64,000 nucleotides of DNA, taken from Thermodesulfovibrionales bacterium. Lineage in GTDB: Bacteria; Nitrospirota; Thermodesulfovibrionia; Thermodesulfovibrionales; SM23-35. Below are positions 10,917-21,109 of the stretch, one piece after another. The DNA lies in the NCBI GenBank assembly GCA_963715195.1, contig CAVQRT010000007.1:379657-443656 (forward strand), written 5' to 3'. The notes beneath the pieces are model-generated. The model was given only the letters and a program-made list of their open reading frames with translations. It was not told where the DNA came from and made no database searches. Within the stretch, counting starts at the first letter, position 1, and the number at the start of each line of letters is the position of its first letter. The position numbers and the translations under genes were made by a program.

Positions 10917-12277
10917 AATGCCTCCTCCCCGCTCTCTTCCATATCCCTGTCGAAGATATTCAGAAATCTCGTGCAGCTTGACATGAAAGCAAGGTTGACT
11001 GTTCCGGTCGGTCCGTTCCTCTGTTTTGCAATGATGACTTCCGCGTGTCCCTTTTTCGACTCCTTGTTATACACCTCATCCCGGTAGAGAAAAAGAATCA
11101 CGTCCGCATCCTGCTCAATTGCTCCGGATTCCCTGAGGTCCGCCAATATCGGCTTCGGGGGACGCCGCTGCTCAACACTCCTGTTGAGCTGGCTCACGGC
11201 TATGACCGGAACGCTTAACTCTTTCGACAATGCCTTCAGGGAACGGGATATATCCGATATCTCTTGTTCACGCCTTTCAAAAGATCCCTTCCCCCTCATA
11301 AGCTGCAGATAATCAACGATGACGAGGCTGAGGCCATGCTCGATCTTAAGTCGTCTCGCCTTTGCCCTGAGCTCAAGGACCGTAATGCCTGAGGTGTCAT
11401 CGATAAAAACTGGCGCTCCGGTGAGATTGCTGGCTGCGCTGGTCAATTTATGCCAGTCCTCTTTCTTGATAAACCCTTTCCTGATACTGTTGGAATTCAC
11501 CATTGCCTCTGCACACAACATCCGGATTGCGAGTTGTTCCTTTGCCATCTCGAGACTGAATATCGCAACCGGCTCTCTGAGTTCGAGCCCGACATGCTGA
11601 GCGATATTCAGGGCAAAGGCTGTTTTTCCCATGGAGGGTCTCCCTCCAACGACAATGAGGTCGCCTTTCTGAAAACCGGTCGTCAGGTCGTCAAGATCCC
11701 TAAACCCCGAGGGCACACCCGTTATGGTCTCTTTCTTATCATAGAGATGCTCGATCATCTCGAAACTGTCGCGGATAACCTCTCTCAATGTCACGAACGA
11801 CGCCTTGACCCGTTTGTCGGAAATCCTGAAGATCGATCGTTCGGCATAGTCCACGAGGTCTTCCGCGTCAAGATTATCCTCGTACACCTTGCCAGCGATC
11901 TCGTTTGCTGAAAGCAGGAGTCCTCTGAGGAGAGCCTTCTCCCGTACAATGTGCGAATGGTACTTCACATTCGCAGCGGTAGGAACCATATTCACCATCA
12001 GGGAAAGATAGGCTATGCCGCCAACAGCCTCCAATTCATCATTCTTCTTCAGCTCGTCTGTGAGGGTGATAAGGTCTATCGGCTCATTCTTATCAAAGAG
12101 CTCGGTCATGGCAAAGAAGATTTTCCGGTGTGACATCTTGTAAAAGTCTTCCGGATCGAGGATCTCCAGAGCTCTCGTCAGCGCATTGTTGTCGATCAGA
12201 ATGGCGCCGAGAACAGACTGCTCGGCGTCGAGGTTCTGAGGCGGTAATTTATCGAGATGCAGATCGGTATTCCGCAT
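10913..12277 (-). CDS. dnaB: Replicative DNA helicase
   Basis: GRPSMGKT, FSLEM, VDYLQL, LRESGAIEQDAD, KQRNGP. No intein. Confidence 0.98.
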   Translation of the reverse strand: MRNTDLHLDKLPPQNLDAEQSVLGAILIDNNALTRALEILDPEDFYKMSHRKIFFAMTELFDKNEPIDLITLTDELKKNDELEAVGGIAYLSLMVNMVPTAANVKYHSHIVREKALLRGLLLSANEIAGKVYEDNLDAEDLVDYAERSIFRISDKRVKASFVTLREVIRDSFEMIEHLYDKKETITGVPSGFRDLDDLTTGFQKGDLIVVGGRPSMGKTAFALNIAQHVGLELREPVAIFSLEMAKEQLAIRMLCAEAMVNSNSIRKGFIKKEDWHKLTSAASNLTGAPVFIDDTSGITVLELRAKARRLKIEHGLSLVIVDYLQLMRGKGSFERREQEISDISRSLKALSKELSVPVIAVSQLNRSVEQRRPPKPILADLRESGAIEQDADVILFLYRDEVYNKESKKGHAEVIIAKQRNGPTGTVNLAFMSSCTRFLNIFDRDMEESGEEAF

Positions 12278-12297
12278 TCCTTTATGACCTGAAAACG

Positions 12298-12741
12298 TTA
12301 TTCTTCAACAACCTGCAGGGTAATCTGTGTATTGATCTCCGGGTGTAAATGGATACTGACCGTGTGGGTTCCGAGTCTCTTGATCGGTTCCTCAAGGGAT
12401 ATTTTTTTCCTGTCTATTTCGATTCCCTCGCTTTTGAGTTTTTCAGCGATATCCATACTCGTTACCGAACCGAACAGCTTGCCCTCTTCCCCGGACTTAG
12501 CCTGCAGCACGAGTGTAATCTTCGAAAGCCTGTCAGCGAAGTCCTGCAATGATTCCTTCACTTTCTTTGCCTTTTCCTGTATCACCCGCTGTGCATGTTC
12601 CAGTGATTTCATGTTCTTGCTGCTTGCCTCAACAGCGAGCCCCCTTGGTACCAGATAGTTCCGTGCAAATCCGTCGGCGACAGTAACGATCTGTCCCATA
12701 CTCCCCAGCTTTTTTACATCTTCCTTCAGGATAACTCTCAT
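12298..12741 (-). CDS. rplI: 50S ribosomal protein L9
   Basis: GFARNYLVP, GKLFGSVT. Confidence 0.97.
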   Translation of the reverse strand: MRVILKEDVKKLGSMGQIVTVADGFARNYLVPRGLAVEASSKNMKSLEHAQRVIQEKAKKVKESLQDFADRLSKITLVLQAKSGEEGKLFGSVTSMDIAEKLKSEGIEIDRKKISLEEPIKRLGTHTVSIHLHPEINTQITLQVVEE

Positions 12742-12813
12742 GTATCGTCTCCTTTTATCAACTATATTGGGAACGGTTCATCCCGCAAAAAGAGCTCTTT
12801 GGTGCCGAGTCTA

Positions 12814-12897
12814 TCATTCCCGCTCGGCGGGAACCCTTCTGAATATAAACACATTGAACTAAAAAACAGGGAGAGATTCCGGATAATCCGGAATGAC
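12814..12897. repeat. Palindromic REP/RS3-like element
   Basis: Inverted pair of hairpin halves: TCATTCCCGCTCGGCGGGAACC ... GATTCCGGATAATCCGGAATGAC. Confidence 0.55.
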
Positions 12898-12993
12898 ACC
12901 TCAATATTACAAATAACCTAGGAAATTATTCCCAAAAACCTATTTTTCCTTCGAGAAGGTAGCATTAGTATACCACATCACCAGTTTATATAA

Positions 12994-13827
12994 TTATATG
13001 ATCCTGAACGGAACCGGTATAAAGGTGATGATAAAAATCAGGAACGCGATCCAGCCGGTTAGCTTTCTCCTCCCGTCAAGGGCGTTCTCCCAGTAAATAA
13101 CCGGCGGATGTCTGAGTCCGAGGACCAACAGCAACACAGCCCATACGACCCACCCTTCCCACAGGAAAAACCCGAGTAAACTCATCATGAGAACAAGGAT
13201 AAATGACAGGCCAGTATGTTTTTCCCCGAGAAATGCGTATGCGATATGGCCACCGTCAAGCTGTCCGACTGGTATGAGATTGATGGAAGTCACAAAAAGG
13301 CCGATCCATCCCGCAAATGCGATAGGATTTAAAAGAATATCGGCATCTGCAGGCGTAACACCTATAACAGCATTGGAAAGCAGAGAAAACAGGATTGAAT
13401 CCCCCAGATTCAGTGCGCCTTTGGTCTGTGCAACCGGTACAACCTCTGATACACGAAGTCCGATTGCTGAGGCGGCAACTGAAACAACGAATCCGGCTAT
13501 CGGTCCTGAAGCGCCGATATCGATCAGGGCCTTCCTGGTGACAATCGGGGATTTCATCTTGATGAATGCCCCGAATGTTCCGATAATGGTCGGAGCCGGA
13601 ATAAAATATGGGAGCGTGGCCTTGACCCCGTGTCTCTTCGATGCAAAATAATGGGACAATTCATGGGTCAGGAGAATGATCATCAACGACAGGGCAAATG
13701 GAAGGCCCCGGTAAATCTGCCCCGGATCTTTCAGGAGGTCTGCCCCTGTCTGCATGGCCCCCACAAACAGCGTCGAGAACAGCGTAAGGATGAAAAGAAT
13801 GATATGCAGAAAAGGTATTTTTTTCAT
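12994..13827 (-). CDS. Site-2 protease (peptidase M50)
   Basis: HELSH, NLIPVGQLDGGH; multi-pass membrane protein. Confidence 0.93.
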   Translation of the reverse strand: MKKIPFLHIILFILTLFSTLFVGAMQTGADLLKDPGQIYRGLPFALSLMIILLTHELSHYFASKRHGVKATLPYFIPAPTIIGTFGAFIKMKSPIVTRKALIDIGASGPIAGFVVSVAASAIGLRVSEVVPVAQTKGALNLGDSILFSLLSNAVIGVTPADADILLNPIAFAGWIGLFVTSINLIPVGQLDGGHIAYAFLGEKHTGLSFILVLMMSLLGFFLWEGWVVWAVLLLVLGLRHPPVIYWENALDGRRKLTGWIAFLIFIITFIPVPFRII

Positions 13828-13863
13828 GCACGTATTATATCAATTTCCCTGCAGGTGCACGAT

Positions 13864-15006
13864 CTATTCATCCGCACGGACAAGGTCGATAACCGTTACT
13901 TCCGGAGGTGAAAGAAAACGTATCGGCGGCCCCCAGGTGCCCGAACCCCTGCTGACGTATAGTGAGGATCCGTCCGACAGTTGCGCAAGACCGGACTGCG
14001 TTTCATAGTAAAGCCCGGTTATGATGCTGAAGGGGAATATCTGGCCCCGGTGAACATGCCCGGAGAGCTGCAGATCAAAGAGACCCCGCGAGGATTCATC
14101 AATCAGCGGCCTGTGTTTCAGAAGCAGGACAAACCTGTTATCCGGCAGATCAGCAAGCACCTCTTTCTCAGTTCCGCCCCGGTAAAGGCCAAAAGAATTT
14201 GCCTGTGGATCATCAACACCGGCAATGGTAAGAATGTTCTGTATATCAACCCGTTCCCCCCGAAGCATGGTGAATCCTGCTTGCTCGGTAAACCACATCG
14301 ACTGCTCGAGTCCGGCGTAAAATTCGTGGTTGCCTGTTATTGCATACTTGCCGAACCGGGGGTTGATCTCCCGGAACATTGCTGCAAGTCCCGAGAGGTT
14401 GTCGATTTGCCCGTCAACGAGATCTCCGGTCGAAACGAGGATGTCCGGTTCTGCTCTTTCGATTTCCGACAGGATGCGTTCCAGTCGGCTTTCCCGCACG
14501 ATCAGCCCAAGGTGGACATCCGAAATCTGTGCTATGCGCACCCTGTTGACGTCAGGGGGAATTTTATGAGACCATATCGTGAGCTTTTCAGTGCGGATGT
14601 TCACAGCCTCGAAAAAACCGTATAGAGCAATCATGATCGAAATCACAAGGGGAAGAAGAACGGCATACCGCCCTGTAAAGGACAGATACGTCAGGTCTTT
14701 CCCCAGAACAGAACCTCCTGCAGCAACGCACAACCGGTACACGTCAATCAGGATGGAAAAGGAAACAAAGAGAAATATGATCCCCATCCATGTATATCCA
14801 ACATATGACATCAGGCGTGCAAAAAGTTCGGAGCCGGCTTTCTCGGAGAAGCGAATAATGATCGGGGAAATAGTCATCACCAGCATCAACCCGGCAATAA
14901 AAATGCCGGTCGTCGTGCTGAAGGCAAACGCTGCCCGCGCCCGCAGAAACGCATACAGATGAAGGCTTCCGTAGAGCAGGAAGAATGTCAGCAGAAAGAG
15001 CGTCAA
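13864..15006 (-). CDS. Membrane-anchored metallophosphoesterase
   Basis: SDVHLG, TGDLVD, GNHE, LSGHVH.GQ; N-terminal TM helices. Confidence 0.93.
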   Translation of the reverse strand: MTLFLLTFFLLYGSLHLYAFLRARAAFAFSTTTGIFIAGLMLVMTISPIIIRFSEKAGSELFARLMSYVGYTWMGIIFLFVSFSILIDVYRLCVAAGGSVLGKDLTYLSFTGRYAVLLPLVISIMIALYGFFEAVNIRTEKLTIWSHKIPPDVNRVRIAQISDVHLGLIVRESRLERILSEIERAEPDILVSTGDLVDGQIDNLSGLAAMFREINPRFGKYAITGNHEFYAGLEQSMWFTEQAGFTMLRGERVDIQNILTIAGVDDPQANSFGLYRGGTEKEVLADLPDNRFVLLLKHRPLIDESSRGLFDLQLSGHVHRGQIFPFSIITGLYYETQSGLAQLSDGSSLYVSRGSGTWGPPIRFLSPPEVTVIDLVRADE

Positions 15007-15007
15007 C

Positions 15008-16537
15008 TCAGTGCATCCCCGGCGGCAGGCCCTGTTTTCCCATTTTCATAAAAAAAACAAACGGCAGAACACATACCATTATTATATAGACAACGAAGAA
15101 TGCGTCGTTGAATGCCATCATCGTTGCCTGTCTAAGGAGTCCCTTGTAGATCATTCCGAGCCCACCATAGATAGAAGTGAAATCGTCAAGCCCGCGATAT
15201 TGCAACAACTGAGAACTTTTCTCGGAGAACATACGATAGGCTGTATCAAAAGGTGTGAGATTTTCAACAAGATGATTCTGATGGAACTGCGCCCGGCGTG
15301 ATAGCACGGTGGTCACAAAGGCGACCCCAAAACTCCCACCGAGATTTCTGAGCAGGTTGTATATTGCTGAGGCGTTGCCCATATCCTCTCTTTTAATTCC
15401 GGACATGGTCATAGTTGTGAGCGGGATGAAGAAAAAGCCCATCCCGATACCGAGGACAACTCTTGGCCATATTATCGTGCTGAAATCGGCAAACAGATTG
15501 AAATTTGACATGAGATACGTGGCGTAGGCGTTCACAATAATCCCGAATGCCAGAAGATACTTCGGATTTATTCTGTTCACTAAATTCCCCGCGATAGGCA
15601 TGGCGATCATGGTTGCGATACCCCCAGGCCCCAGAACGAGTCCTGCAAGATATGCAGTATATCCCATAAGCGTCTGGAGATAGATGGGAAGGAGAACAAT
15701 GCTTGCGAAAAGGTTAAAAAATCCGAGAAACATGATGATATTCCCGGTGCTGAAGGTTATGTTCCTGAATGCCCTCAGGTTTACTATGGGATGTTCGGTA
15801 AAAAACTCTACAAAAATAAAGGAAATCAGTGAGACAGAGGAGATAATGCTTAACCAGAAAATAAAACTCGATGAGAACCAGTTTTCCTGTTGTCCTTTAT
15901 CGAGGACAATCTGCAGGCATCCTAAGCCGAGTACGAGAAACGACAGTCCCCAGTAGTCTATCTTCATCCTCATCCTCTTCATATATGGTGGATCTGTAAT
16001 GAACAGCATTGTGAGAAGAACGGATAGGATTCCGATAGGAACATTAATGAAGAATATCCAGTGCCATGACCAATTGTCGGTAATCCATCCACCAAGGAGC
16101 GGGCCTACAATAGGGCCGAACATAATCCCGACCCCGAAGATAGCCATCGCTATCCCGTGCTGACGGGGTGGGAACGTCTCAAGGAGGATCGACTGAGAAA
16201 TAGGTTGGAGTGCTCCGCCACCCATCCCCTGGAGGATCCTGAAAATAATCAGACTCTGGAGATTCCATGCCGAACCGCAGAGAAAGGAGCTTACCGTAAA
16301 TATTACAATGGAAATTATCAAATAGCGTTTTCTGCCAAAAAACCTGCTTAACCATCCTGTCATGGGAATGATGATAGCATTCGATACGAGGTATGAAGTA
16401 ATGGTCCATGTCGATTCATCGATGCCTGCCGATAGGCTTCCACGGATATGATCAAGTGCAACATTGACAATGGATATGTCGATAATCTCGATGAGCGTGG
16501 GAACCATAACGGTGAGTGCAACGAGCCATTTATTCAT
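15008..16537 (-). CDS. emrB: DHA2 MFS efflux permease (EmrB-like)
   Basis: DISIVNVAL, WTITSY, RFFGRKR, GPIVGPLLGG, WIFFINVPIG. Confidence 0.92.
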   Translation of the reverse strand: MNKWLVALTVMVPTLIEIIDISIVNVALDHIRGSLSAGIDESTWTITSYLVSNAIIIPMTGWLSRFFGRKRYLIISIVIFTVSSFLCGSAWNLQSLIIFRILQGMGGGALQPISQSILLETFPPRQHGIAMAIFGVGIMFGPIVGPLLGGWITDNWSWHWIFFINVPIGILSVLLTMLFITDPPYMKRMRMKIDYWGLSFLVLGLGCLQIVLDKGQQENWFSSSFIFWLSIISSVSLISFIFVEFFTEHPIVNLRAFRNITFSTGNIIMFLGFFNLFASIVLLPIYLQTLMGYTAYLAGLVLGPGGIATMIAMPIAGNLVNRINPKYLLAFGIIVNAYATYLMSNFNLFADFSTIIWPRVVLGIGMGFFFIPLTTMTMSGIKREDMGNASAIYNLLRNLGGSFGVAFVTTVLSRRAQFHQNHLVENLTPFDTAYRMFSEKSSQLLQYRGLDDFTSIYGGLGMIYKGLLRQATMMAFNDAFFVVYIIMVCVLPFVFFMKMGKQGLPPGMH

Positions 16538-16797
16538 AAGATGTAAAAACGGTCTAAGGGGTCAAGGGTTCAAGGGTCATACCCATAAGATAACTACCCA
16601 TCAAAATACGTGCAGACAGATACGCGCATAATTCATTTTCAAAAGGTTCTTGATTGTCCTGTCAAACCGGACAATGACAAAATGCGATTTTATGGACCAA
16701 CACGAAATAATTTTTCTCACAACATCTGCACTTTTACAATGTATTTTCTATGTTCATCTAATGATTTTGTATGACCACTTGGACCCTCGGCACCTTT

Positions 16798-17916
16798 TTA
16801 CTCTTTAATGAGTATTGTCGGGACAACAGACATGCCGATCCTGAGAAGATGTTCAATATCAGTCTCTTTATCAATAGTAATCTTGACCGGTATTCTCTGG
16901 ACGACCTTCACATAATTCCCCGATGCATTTTCCGGGGGAAAGAGCGAAAACATCGCACCTGTGCCAGACATGATGCTCTCAACCTTTCCGGTAAAATCTC
17001 TCCCGGAATAGGTATCAACCTTAAATCTGACCGTTTGGCCGGGACGAACCTTCTCAAGCTGAGTCTCTTTATAGTTTGCGGTGATCCATAAATCATCTAA
17101 TGAAACAACTGCCATGAGTGGTTGCGCAACTTCTACCTGGTTACCGACTTCGACAGCTTTCTTGGTTATATAGCCATCCGCAGGAGCATAAATCTTTGTG
17201 TATCCGTAATTGAGTTGGGCAGCATCCAATCGAGCTTCCCTTTCCCTGATCATAGAAAGCTGCGATGCCCGCAAAGCCTGGGCTTGCTTGACGACAGACG
17301 TCTGCGTCTCAAGAGCTTTTTCTGCCTGCTTCAATTGTTCCCGAGCCGCCTTTGACTGAGCAAGAACCACCGTATGGGCTGTCTGTGTCTTTTCGAACCT
17401 GTCCTTCGAAATCGTCCCGAGCTTGAAGAGATTCTCTGCACGGAGAGCATCCTTCTCAGCCTGCTGAAGTTGTGCCTCCTGGAGCTCAAGATTCGCCCTT
17501 GCTGTCTCAATCGAAGCCTTCATTTCAGCCATCTGCATCTTTGCAACCTGTATCCGTGCTTCCACTTCTGTAAGCCGTGATTTTTCCGCATGCACTCCCG
17601 ATTGAGCCTCGCTCACCTTCAGATCATAATCCGCAGGGTCAATCTCGACGAGCATGTCTCCCCTTTTCACCTGCTGGTTGTCCTGTACATAAATGTTGTT
17701 CACAGACCCCTTAATCCTCGCCGAGATCGTGTGAATTCGTCCATCAACATACGCGTCGTCTGTCGTAATATGGGTTGCCTTATACCTGAGGTAGAAAAAA
17801 AGAATGACAACACCGATGATTCCGATTAAACCAAAAACGAGGATAGCAAGTTTCTTTTTTTTTCTGTTGTTTTGTTTTTTTACATCGTCACTTTTTCCTT
17901 TTTCATTCTGCTCCAT
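16798..17916 (-). CDS. emrA: HlyD/EmrA family adaptor
   Basis: TTDDAYV, ANYKETQL, FSLFPPENASGNYVKVVQRIPV. Confidence 0.92.
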   Translation of the reverse strand: MEQNEKGKSDDVKKQNNRKKKKLAILVFGLIGIIGVVILFFYLRYKATHITTDDAYVDGRIHTISARIKGSVNNIYVQDNQQVKRGDMLVEIDPADYDLKVSEAQSGVHAEKSRLTEVEARIQVAKMQMAEMKASIETARANLELQEAQLQQAEKDALRAENLFKLGTISKDRFEKTQTAHTVVLAQSKAAREQLKQAEKALETQTSVVKQAQALRASQLSMIREREARLDAAQLNYGYTKIYAPADGYITKKAVEVGNQVEVAQPLMAVVSLDDLWITANYKETQLEKVRPGQTVRFKVDTYSGRDFTGKVESIMSGTGAMFSLFPPENASGNYVKVVQRIPVKITIDKETDIEHLLRIGMSVVPTILIKE

Positions 17917-17945
17917 CAGCGAACTCCCTTATCATGAATCTAAGA

Positions 17946-20900
17946 TTATTGTTTCTCTGCATCGGCATCGTTAACCGCAGTTTCTCCACTTTTGTTCGTG
18001 GTTCGCTTCTCCATGCCGATAAAAAAGAGCAGGAGAGACGGAATGACAAATACGGTAAAAATTGTCGATACCGCTATTCCACCGAGGATGACGCTCCCAA
18101 GTCCACGGTACAATTCAGACCCGGGGCCCGGTGCTATAACGAGAGGCAGCATACCGAATATACTGGTGGAGGCGCTCATGTAGATCGGACGCAGACGTGT
18201 CCGGACCGATTCAAGAACCGCATCGCGATAATCCATACCTTGGTAACGGATGTTGTTGAGCGATTGATGAACAATGAGAATTGCATTATTGACAATGATG
18301 CCGACCAAAATCACAAACCCGAGCATGGTAAGTATATCCAGTGGTTGTGTCGTGAGAAAAACATTCACAAGTGCAAGCCCAATAAATCCACCGGCAGCCC
18401 CGAGTGGAAGGGTAAACATGATGACAAAAGGATATATGAAATTCCCGAAGAGCGCTGCCATGAGCAGGTAAGCAATAACAGCTGCGAGCAGGAAATCCCA
18501 CTGGAGCACCTTTCTCGTTTCAGTAAGTTTATCGGCCACACCACTCTGGTTAACATCGACAGCGGAGAGAAGACCGCTCTTCTTCAGCTGTCCAATTACA
18601 TTTGCATTTATCTGATCCATGGCTTGTTCCATAGGGACCGCAAACGGAGGGGTCACCTGGAGTGTTATCGTGCGCTTTCTCTCAAGATGACGTATTTCTG
18701 TTACACCGGTAGTCCTCACAAGTTCTGTAAAAGACGATATAGGAACACCTTTTCCCTCTGGAGTCACAATGATGGTCCGATAAAGTTCCTCGGGACTTGT
18801 GACATCATTTTCTGATGCCTTCAGCACAAGGTCTACCTTTTTTTCTCCTTCTTCCTTGAAATCGCCGATTTTCCTCCCGTCCATAAGCACATCAAGGGTA
18901 ATGCCAAGTTCTGCTGCACTCATCCCTGCCGCCTTTATCCGGTCTCTTTCAGGGATAAGCCTTACCTCGGGGTACAGGACCTCAAGGGAAGGGAGAGGCC
19001 TGATCTGCGATCCCGGAATCTCTTGCATGATTTTTCCAAAAAGCATCTGCGCCACCTCTATCGTGCGGTTTAGGTCGTCTCCGCTGACGTCTACATCGAT
19101 TGTCCTTCCCCTGCCGAGTCTTGTTTGAAATATCCCGGCCTGGTTGCTGACGCCGAAGATCCCAGGGATGCTGTTAATATATCCCATAAACAGCGGGACG
19201 AGCTCGCCGGCCATTTGTTCATGAGTACTGATCGCTCCGGAAATCATGATCTGTTCGGCGCCAACATAAAACATATTCTTGATTCCCGGAAATCCCTCTT
19301 TGTCCTTTCCCATGTGAGGTTCAAGAGTCTCAAATAAACGATCTCCTATCTCTTTCCGCTCTTCGTATGAAAGGCCAGGCGGAGGTACAAACAGGTTAAT
19401 AACAAGATTCCGATTCCCCTGGGGAAGGTATTCCATCTTCGGGAATAACAGTACCGCTGTCACAAGAGCAAATGCAGTAAGTGAAATTATTGTTACGAAA
19501 CGAGTCATGCGATTCCTCGTTGCTACCCTGACAAGGCCCATGATGAAATCCGACATTCTCTTCCCCATGAAAACAAGCCTAGACCTCCTTTGCTGCAAAG
19601 GTTTTTCTTTCATAAAACTGAACAGCTTCTCGGAAAGCATAGGGATAACCGACACGGACACGAACAGACTGAGCGAAACAGCACAGGTGACAGCGATTGC
19701 TATATCACGGAAAAGCTGCCCTGCTTCTTCCTGCACAAAAACAACCGGAAGGAATACCGCAATGGTTGTGAGAGTAGAGGCGAGAACAGCTCCCCATACC
19801 TCGCGTGCACCGTCATAGGCAGCATCGAAAGGAGGTTTTCCCATTTTCCTGTGGCGATCGATATTTTCAAGGACAACGATGGCATTATCGACAAGCATTC
19901 CCACGGCAAAGGCGATTCCGGCGAGGCTGATGACATTGAGATTCCTGCCTAAGGCATTCATGATGATGAAGGTACCGATGACGCTGATCGGAATCGCGGT
20001 TGAGACGACTATGGTTGACGATATGCTCCGGAGAAAAATAAGGAGGACAACGACTGCCAGTGTACTGCCGATAAAGATGTTGCGCTTGACGAGATCAATA
20101 GCGCCCCTGATGTAAGGCCTTTGATCATAGACCCATTCGAGACTAACTTTGAGTGGATTCAACTTTTCATCATTTAATGATTTCACCACCTGTTCCAGAT
20201 TGTCGGAGAGGTTCAGGATATTCGTGCCCGGTTCGGGTTTTACTCCGATCGCAATTCCTTCCTGCCCGTTATGGATCATCGCTACCGTCCGTTTTTCGTA
20301 TCCAAACTGTATCTGTGCAACATCTGAGACGGTGATGCGCCGCTGTCCAGTTGAAGCAATGACGATCTTCCCGATATCCTGAGGTGACCTGAATTCTGCA
20401 ATGGTTCGTATGCGATAATCTCTCCTTCCCACTCCGACATTGCCGGCCGATACATTGATATTTTCTGCCCTGAGAATAGTTACGAGATCGCTGACCGAAA
20501 GTTTGTGCGCTGCCAGCTTCTCTGGTTTGACGATAATATGCATCTGCTTTTCCGTACCACCTCCGATGAAGAGGTCAGCTACCCCCTCAACGCGTTCAAG
20601 ATACTGCCGTATTTCATTCTCAAAATATGTTTTATACGTACTCGCAGATTTATCATTGCCGGGGTCTGTCTTGAGGATCATCCATATCACTGGTGATGTC
20701 GCTGCTCCTGTTGCATTGATGACCGGTTTTTCAACATTTTCCGGATATGACGGGACTTCATTCATTTTGTTTGAGACCCTGAGAAGGGCATCATCCACGT
20801 CTGTATCAATCTTGAACCTGAGGGTAACCGTACCCTGTCCGTTAAAGGATGAACTTTCCATTTCGATCAGCCCGGGTATGCCCTTCAGTACTTTTTCCTG

Positions 20901-21098
20901 TTCCTCGATGACATCCCGTTCAATCTCATACGGTGAAGCTCCGGGCCAGTTGGTCGTGACGGTAATCTCCGGCTCTGTGACATCAGGACTGAGCTGATAG
21001 GGCATGCTGATAAGACCGATTACTCCGAAGAGAACAACGAGGATGACACCGACAAAAACTGTAACAGGTTTGTTGATCGAGAATTTAATAATATCCAT
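17946..21098 (-). CDS. RND efflux permease (AcrB family)
   Basis: 1050 aa; GMLVDNAIVVLEN, VNNAIL, RLRPI.MS. Confidence 0.95.
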   Translation of the reverse strand: MDIIKFSINKPVTVFVGVILVVLFGVIGLISMPYQLSPDVTEPEITVTTNWPGASPYEIERDVIEEQEKVLKGIPGLIEMESSSFNGQGTVTLRFKIDTDVDDALLRVSNKMNEVPSYPENVEKPVINATGAATSPVIWMILKTDPGNDKSASTYKTYFENEIRQYLERVEGVADLFIGGGTEKQMHIIVKPEKLAAHKLSVSDLVTILRAENINVSAGNVGVGRRDYRIRTIAEFRSPQDIGKIVIASTGQRRITVSDVAQIQFGYEKRTVAMIHNGQEGIAIGVKPEPGTNILNLSDNLEQVVKSLNDEKLNPLKVSLEWVYDQRPYIRGAIDLVKRNIFIGSTLAVVVLLIFLRSISSTIVVSTAIPISVIGTFIIMNALGRNLNVISLAGIAFAVGMLVDNAIVVLENIDRHRKMGKPPFDAAYDGAREVWGAVLASTLTTIAVFLPVVFVQEEAGQLFRDIAIAVTCAVSLSLFVSVSVIPMLSEKLFSFMKEKPLQQRRSRLVFMGKRMSDFIMGLVRVATRNRMTRFVTIISLTAFALVTAVLLFPKMEYLPQGNRNLVINLFVPPPGLSYEERKEIGDRLFETLEPHMGKDKEGFPGIKNMFYVGAEQIMISGAISTHEQMAGELVPLFMGYINSIPGIFGVSNQAGIFQTRLGRGRTIDVDVSGDDLNRTIEVAQMLFGKIMQEIPGSQIRPLPSLEVLYPEVRLIPERDRIKAAGMSAAELGITLDVLMDGRKIGDFKEEGEKKVDLVLKASENDVTSPEELYRTIIVTPEGKGVPISSFTELVRTTGVTEIRHLERKRTITLQVTPPFAVPMEQAMDQINANVIGQLKKSGLLSAVDVNQSGVADKLTETRKVLQWDFLLAAVIAYLLMAALFGNFIYPFVIMFTLPLGAAGGFIGLALVNVFLTTQPLDILTMLGFVILVGIIVNNAILIVHQSLNNIRYQGMDYRDAVLESVRTRLRPIYMSASTSIFGMLPLVIAPGPGSELYRGLGSVILGGIAVSTIFTVFVIPSLLLFFIGMEKRTTNKSGETAVNDADAEKQ

Positions 21099-21109
21099 GG
21101 TTCTTCAGG

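Noticed and set aside
10113..12741. rplI-dnaB-amrB order without rpsF/rpsR
   Set aside because: rplI-dnaB adjacency is common and not notable.
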